Below are positions 29,451 to 32,000 of a stretch of DNA of 32,000 bases, one piece after another (the first letter of the stretch is position 1; the number at the start of each line of letters is the position of its first letter). The stretch is from NCBI RefSeq assembly GCF_025021925.1, contig NZ_CP092368.1, positions 480,001-512,000 of the forward strand, given 5' to 3'. A model generated the notes under the pieces. The model was not told the DNA's origin. It did not search any database and saw nothing but the letters and a program-made list of their open reading frames with translations. Both the position numbers and the translations under genes were made by a program. The DNA is from Candidatus Saccharimonadota bacterium (lineage in GTDB: Bacteria > Pseudomonadota > Alphaproteobacteria > Rickettsiales > Anaplasmataceae).

Positions 29451-29484
29451 ATGATTCCTCATTATCACAATGATTCCTCGTTAT
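29451..29484 (+). repeat. 15-nt direct repeat duplicating the purB start (atgattcctcAttat ... caca ... atgattcctcGttat)
   Basis: Read directly. Copy 1 is at 29451-29465 and copy 2, the real purB start, is at 29470-29484. The match is 14/15 with a 19-nt period. Copy 1 opens an out-of-frame 11-codon ORF (MIPHYHNDSSL*) ending at 29486. Confidence 0.85.
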
Positions 29485-30762
29485 AGTCGTGATGATATGA
29501 CTTCTATTTGGGAAGAAAAAAATAAATTCAGAATTTGGATGACAATAGAACAGATCGCTTGTGAAGCTCAAGCAAAACTGGGATTAATACCAAATAATAT
29601 TGTTGACGCCCTTACTGCAAATATTGAATTTGATATTGAGCGTATTAAAGATATTGAATCTATTGTAAAACATGATGTAATAGCATTTTTGACATACGTT
29701 TCTGAAAAAGCTGGCGTTGATATGCGTTATCTTCACTATGGTATGACAAGTTCTGATGTATTAGATACATGTCTAGCAATCCAGTTAAAATTATCATGTG
29801 ATATCTTACTGACTAACATAAAAAATTTACTAAAAATTCTTAGAAAGAAATCTGAAGACTATAAATATATAATATGTATTGCACGCACTCATGGGATTCA
29901 TGCCGAACCTATAACTTTAGGTATCAAATTTGCTAGATTTTATGCAGAATTTAAAAGACATTACTATAGAATAGTAAATGTTCAAAAAGAAATCTCGACA
30001 TGTAAAATTTCAGGTGCAACAGGTAATTTTACTCATATTCACCCATTTATTGAACAATATGTAGCAAAAAAAATGGGTTTAGTACCTGAAACTATTTCAT
30101 CACAAGTAATCCCACGTGATAGACATGCGATATTTTTTTCTGTATTAGCTGTACTTGCAAGTTCAATAGAAAATATTGCAATTGAAATACGTCATTTACA
30201 AAAAACTGAAATTGGGGAACTATCTGAGTATTTTGCAATTGGACAAAAAGGCAGTTCTGCAATGCCACATAAATGCAATCCTATTCTCAGCGAGAATCTC
30301 ACAGGACTATCACGTTTAATAAGAAGCTATGTATTTCCTGCATTAGAAAATGTTGCATTATGGCATGAACGAGATATATCTCATTCTTCTGTAGAGAGAG
30401 TTATTGCTCCTGATGCTTGTATTACAATGGATTTTGCTTTAGTGAGATTAATAGATTTATTAGAGAAGATAGTCATTCATGAAGTCATGATTACAAAAAA
30501 TGTAAATAAATCACAAGGGTTAATTTTTTCTCAGCGTATATTACTTGAGTTAATAAATAGAAATGTAACAAGAGAAGATGCGTATCATATTGTTCAGAGA
30601 AATGTCATGAGAATGAAACAAAATGACATCGATTTTCTTACTGCGCTCAAACAAGATGAATTACTACTGAAAATTATTAATTTAGAAACACTTGAATCTT
30701 TATTTGACTTAAAATATTATTCTCAACATATAGACTATATCTACGATCAAGTGTTTAATTAG
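29470..30762 (+). CDS. purB: adenylosuccinate lyase
   Basis: 430 aa. It has the PurB-type N-terminus MIPRYSRDDMTSIW and the fumarate-lyase superfamily signature GSSAMPHKCNP. Confidence 0.94.
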   Translation: MIPRYSRDDMTSIWEEKNKFRIWMTIEQIACEAQAKLGLIPNNIVDALTANIEFDIERIKDIESIVKHDVIAFLTYVSEKAGVDMRYLHYGMTSSDVLDTCLAIQLKLSCDILLTNIKNLLKILRKKSEDYKYIICIARTHGIHAEPITLGIKFARFYAEFKRHYYRIVNVQKEISTCKISGATGNFTHIHPFIEQYVAKKMGLVPETISSQVIPRDRHAIFFSVLAVLASSIENIAIEIRHLQKTEIGELSEYFAIGQKGSSAMPHKCNPILSENLTGLSRLIRSYVFPALENVALWHERDISHSSVERVIAPDACITMDFALVRLIDLLEKIVIHEVMITKNVNKSQGLIFSQRILLELINRNVTREDAYHIVQRNVMRMKQNDIDFLTALKQDELLLKIINLETLESLFDLKYYSQHIDYIYDQVFN

Positions 30763-30834
30763 GCTGAGTAGCTCAGTTGGTAGAGCAGGAGAATCATAAT
30801 CTCTTAGTCGGGGGTTCAAGTCCCTCCTCAGCCT
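30762..30834 (+). tRNA. tRNA with CAU anticodon, most like tRNA-Ile2 (lysidine type); elongator tRNA-Met not excluded
   Basis: A 73-nt cloverleaf: GGCTGAG-TA-GCTCAGTTGGTAGAGC-A-GGAGA-ATCATAA-TCTCT-TAGTC-GGGGG-TTCAAGT-CCCTC-CTCAGCC-T. It is not an initiator, since the 1-72 pair is intact. The anticodon arm with G27-U43 and the TTCAAGTCC T-loop resemble E. coli ileX as I remember it. Confidence 0.85.
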
Positions 30835-30962
30835 CTTCTCTGTAAAGAAACACTCAAAATGAAATGTCTTGCATTCACTCTATTGCAATGAAAATCTATA
30901 TTTCTCAAATATATTATGTTAATTCAAGATTCATACATATATATTCTTTATTAAAATGTATT

Positions 30963-31163
30963 CTACTTAAGTTTTTCTTCCTTGAATAATATATGATATC
31001 TAACGATAGGATCGTATTTTATCATTTCTAATTTATTAGTCACTCTTTTTGGATTGCGTCTTTTTATATAAAAATAACCTGTAGGTTTTTTATGACCATC
31101 ATTTGTAATTTTAGTTGCAGTACTAACCAATTTTACAAGTAAAGAAGTACTTTTTTTGGCCAT
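30963..31163 (-). CDS. rpmG: 50S ribosomal protein bL33 (Cys-less type, with an extra segment of about 10 aa)
   Basis: 66 aa. MAKK...VKLVSTAT[[10 protein letters not shown]][39 protein letters not shown] aligns with E. coli L33 ([47 protein letters not shown], from memory) except for the bracketed insert. Confidence 0.9.
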   Translation of the reverse strand: MAKKSTSLLVKLVSTATKITNDGHKKPTGYFYIKRRNPKRVTNKLEMIKYDPIVRYHILFKEEKLK

Positions 31164-31316
31164 AACTTTTTATTAAAAAACTCTTATAGAGTAATCTAAC
31201 ATATTAAAAGCATATAAGTCAAGTGCTATAAGAGAATCTTATGAATTGTAAAAATCTTGACATATGACTATAAATTAGAGTATGAGAAATAAAAAGTAAA
31301 CGGTTAAAATTTAAGA

Positions 31317-32000
31317 GTGGCAAGTAATAATAAAGGGTTGCTTCTAATAGAAAATTCTATTTGTTCTGATGAAATTAGAATAGCCCTGTCGGTGAATAAT
31401 CATATTATAGCATTTGAACAAGAATTTAAGCATAAAAAACAATTAAGAGGGAATATATATATTGCTTATGTTAAGCGTATTGAACCTTCTTTACAAGCTG
31501 TATTTATTGAATATGGTAATAATAGACAAGGATTTTTATCATTCTCAGAAATTTCTCCAGAATATTTTAACATTCCAGAACAAGAGAAACAAGCTCTTTT
31601 TGAGAGTGATACAAACAATCAATCTATAGAGGAAAATCTAGTACGCAGCACGCCTGATTTATTAGATGATCAGAATCATTGTAATAGCACGAATGAATTA
31701 CCACTATATAAAAAATATAAATTACAGGATGTGATTTTAGTAAATCAAAAATTATTAGTACAATTAACTAAAGAAGAGCGAAGCAATAAAGGTGCATCAT
31801 TTACAACATATATTACTCTTGTTGGTAGATACTGTGTGTTTATGCCAAATACAATGAGTAAAGGTGGTATATCTCGTAAAATTGAAGATATTAATATAAG
31901 AAAACAGTTAAAAGAGATTTTGAATTCAATACAGCTACCTCAGAGGTCATGTTTGATAATTCGCACTATTGGCTCTGGGCAAGATCAAAAAGAGATTGAG
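31317..32000 (+). CDS. rne: ribonuclease E (N-terminal part, truncated by the window end)
   Basis: It is absent from the ORF track because it has no stop in the window. The frame is open from the stop at 31305-31307 to 32000, and the first start candidate is the GTG at 31317. The translation VASNNKGLLLIENSICSDEIRIALSVNNHIIAFEQEFKHKKQLRGNIYIAYVKRIEPSLQAVFIEYGNNRQGFLSFSEI matches the RNase E/G S1 domain (compare E. coli [31 protein letters not shown]). Later GRYCVFMPN and GGISRKIED also fit. Confidence 0.88.
   Translation, partial: MASNNKGLLLIENSICSDEIRIALSVNNHIIAFEQEFKHKKQLRGNIYIAYVKRIEPSLQAVFIEYGNNRQGFLSFSEISPEYFNIPEQEKQALFESDTNNQSIEENLVRSTPDLLDDQNHCNSTNELPLYKKYKLQDVILVNQKLLVQLTKEERSNKGASFTTYITLVGRYCVFMPNTMSKGGISRKIEDINIRKQLKEILNSIQLPQRSCLIIRTIGSGQDQKEIE

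Noticed and set aside
1-32000. A search for a defence island, mobile element, prophage, CRISPR array, toxin-antitoxin pair or secretion-system cluster, as hinted by the task.
   Set aside because: Every ORF of meaningful length is either a recognisable housekeeping gene or an isolated orphan. I saw no transposase, integrase or recombinase motifs, no repeat-spacer architecture and no terminal inverted repeats flanking a block. No composition shift is visible by eye. Claiming a system here would be invention.

Overview
The window is visibly AT-rich (roughly 70% A+T by eye, not computed), gene-dense and uses the standard genetic code. It reads as core chromosome of a reduced, obligately intracellular alphaproteobacterium of the order Rickettsiales. 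Supporting this are the hflK-hflC-htrA and dnaE-rpsF-rpsR-rplI-purB blocks, an isolated dnaJ, secD without secF, scattered pyr genes and long AT-rich spacers. An Anaplasmataceae, Ehrlichia-like origin fits, but the taxon is inference only. I can support 29 protein-coding genes and 4 tRNAs (Phe-GAA, Arg-ACG, Gln-UUG and a CAU tRNA that looks like Ile2). One gene, rne, runs off the 3' end and is missing from the ORF track. Functions are housekeeping: pyrimidine, purine, heme, CoA, ubiquinone and MEP-isoprenoid biosynthesis, translation, replication, Sec export, and membrane-protein quality control. I see no transposase, integrase, phage gene, CRISPR array, toxin-antitoxin pair or recognisable defence or secretion cluster. 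I therefore do not claim a novel multi-gene system. The items worth a second look are single-locus oddities. (1) Ribosomal protein bS6 carries an in-frame insertion of about 150 aa. (2) An Mrp/ApbC Fe-S carrier ATPase has lost its CxxC motif. (3) A signal-peptide protein looks like a class-I glutamine amidotransferase/peptidase C26 fold with Cys->Ser at the nucleophile position. (4) A His/Cys-rich 176-aa protein of unknown function sits tightly behind hflK-hflC-htrA. (5) Two more orphan proteins are present, one with a signal peptide (140 aa) and one without (106 aa). (6) A 15-nt duplication of the purB start creates an overlapping uORF. (7) A tRNA has its first base as the last base of the purB stop codon. 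(8) A 28-bp near-perfect palindrome lies in the tRNA-Arg/guaB divergent region. (9) Two unusually long empty spacers flank tRNA-Gln.
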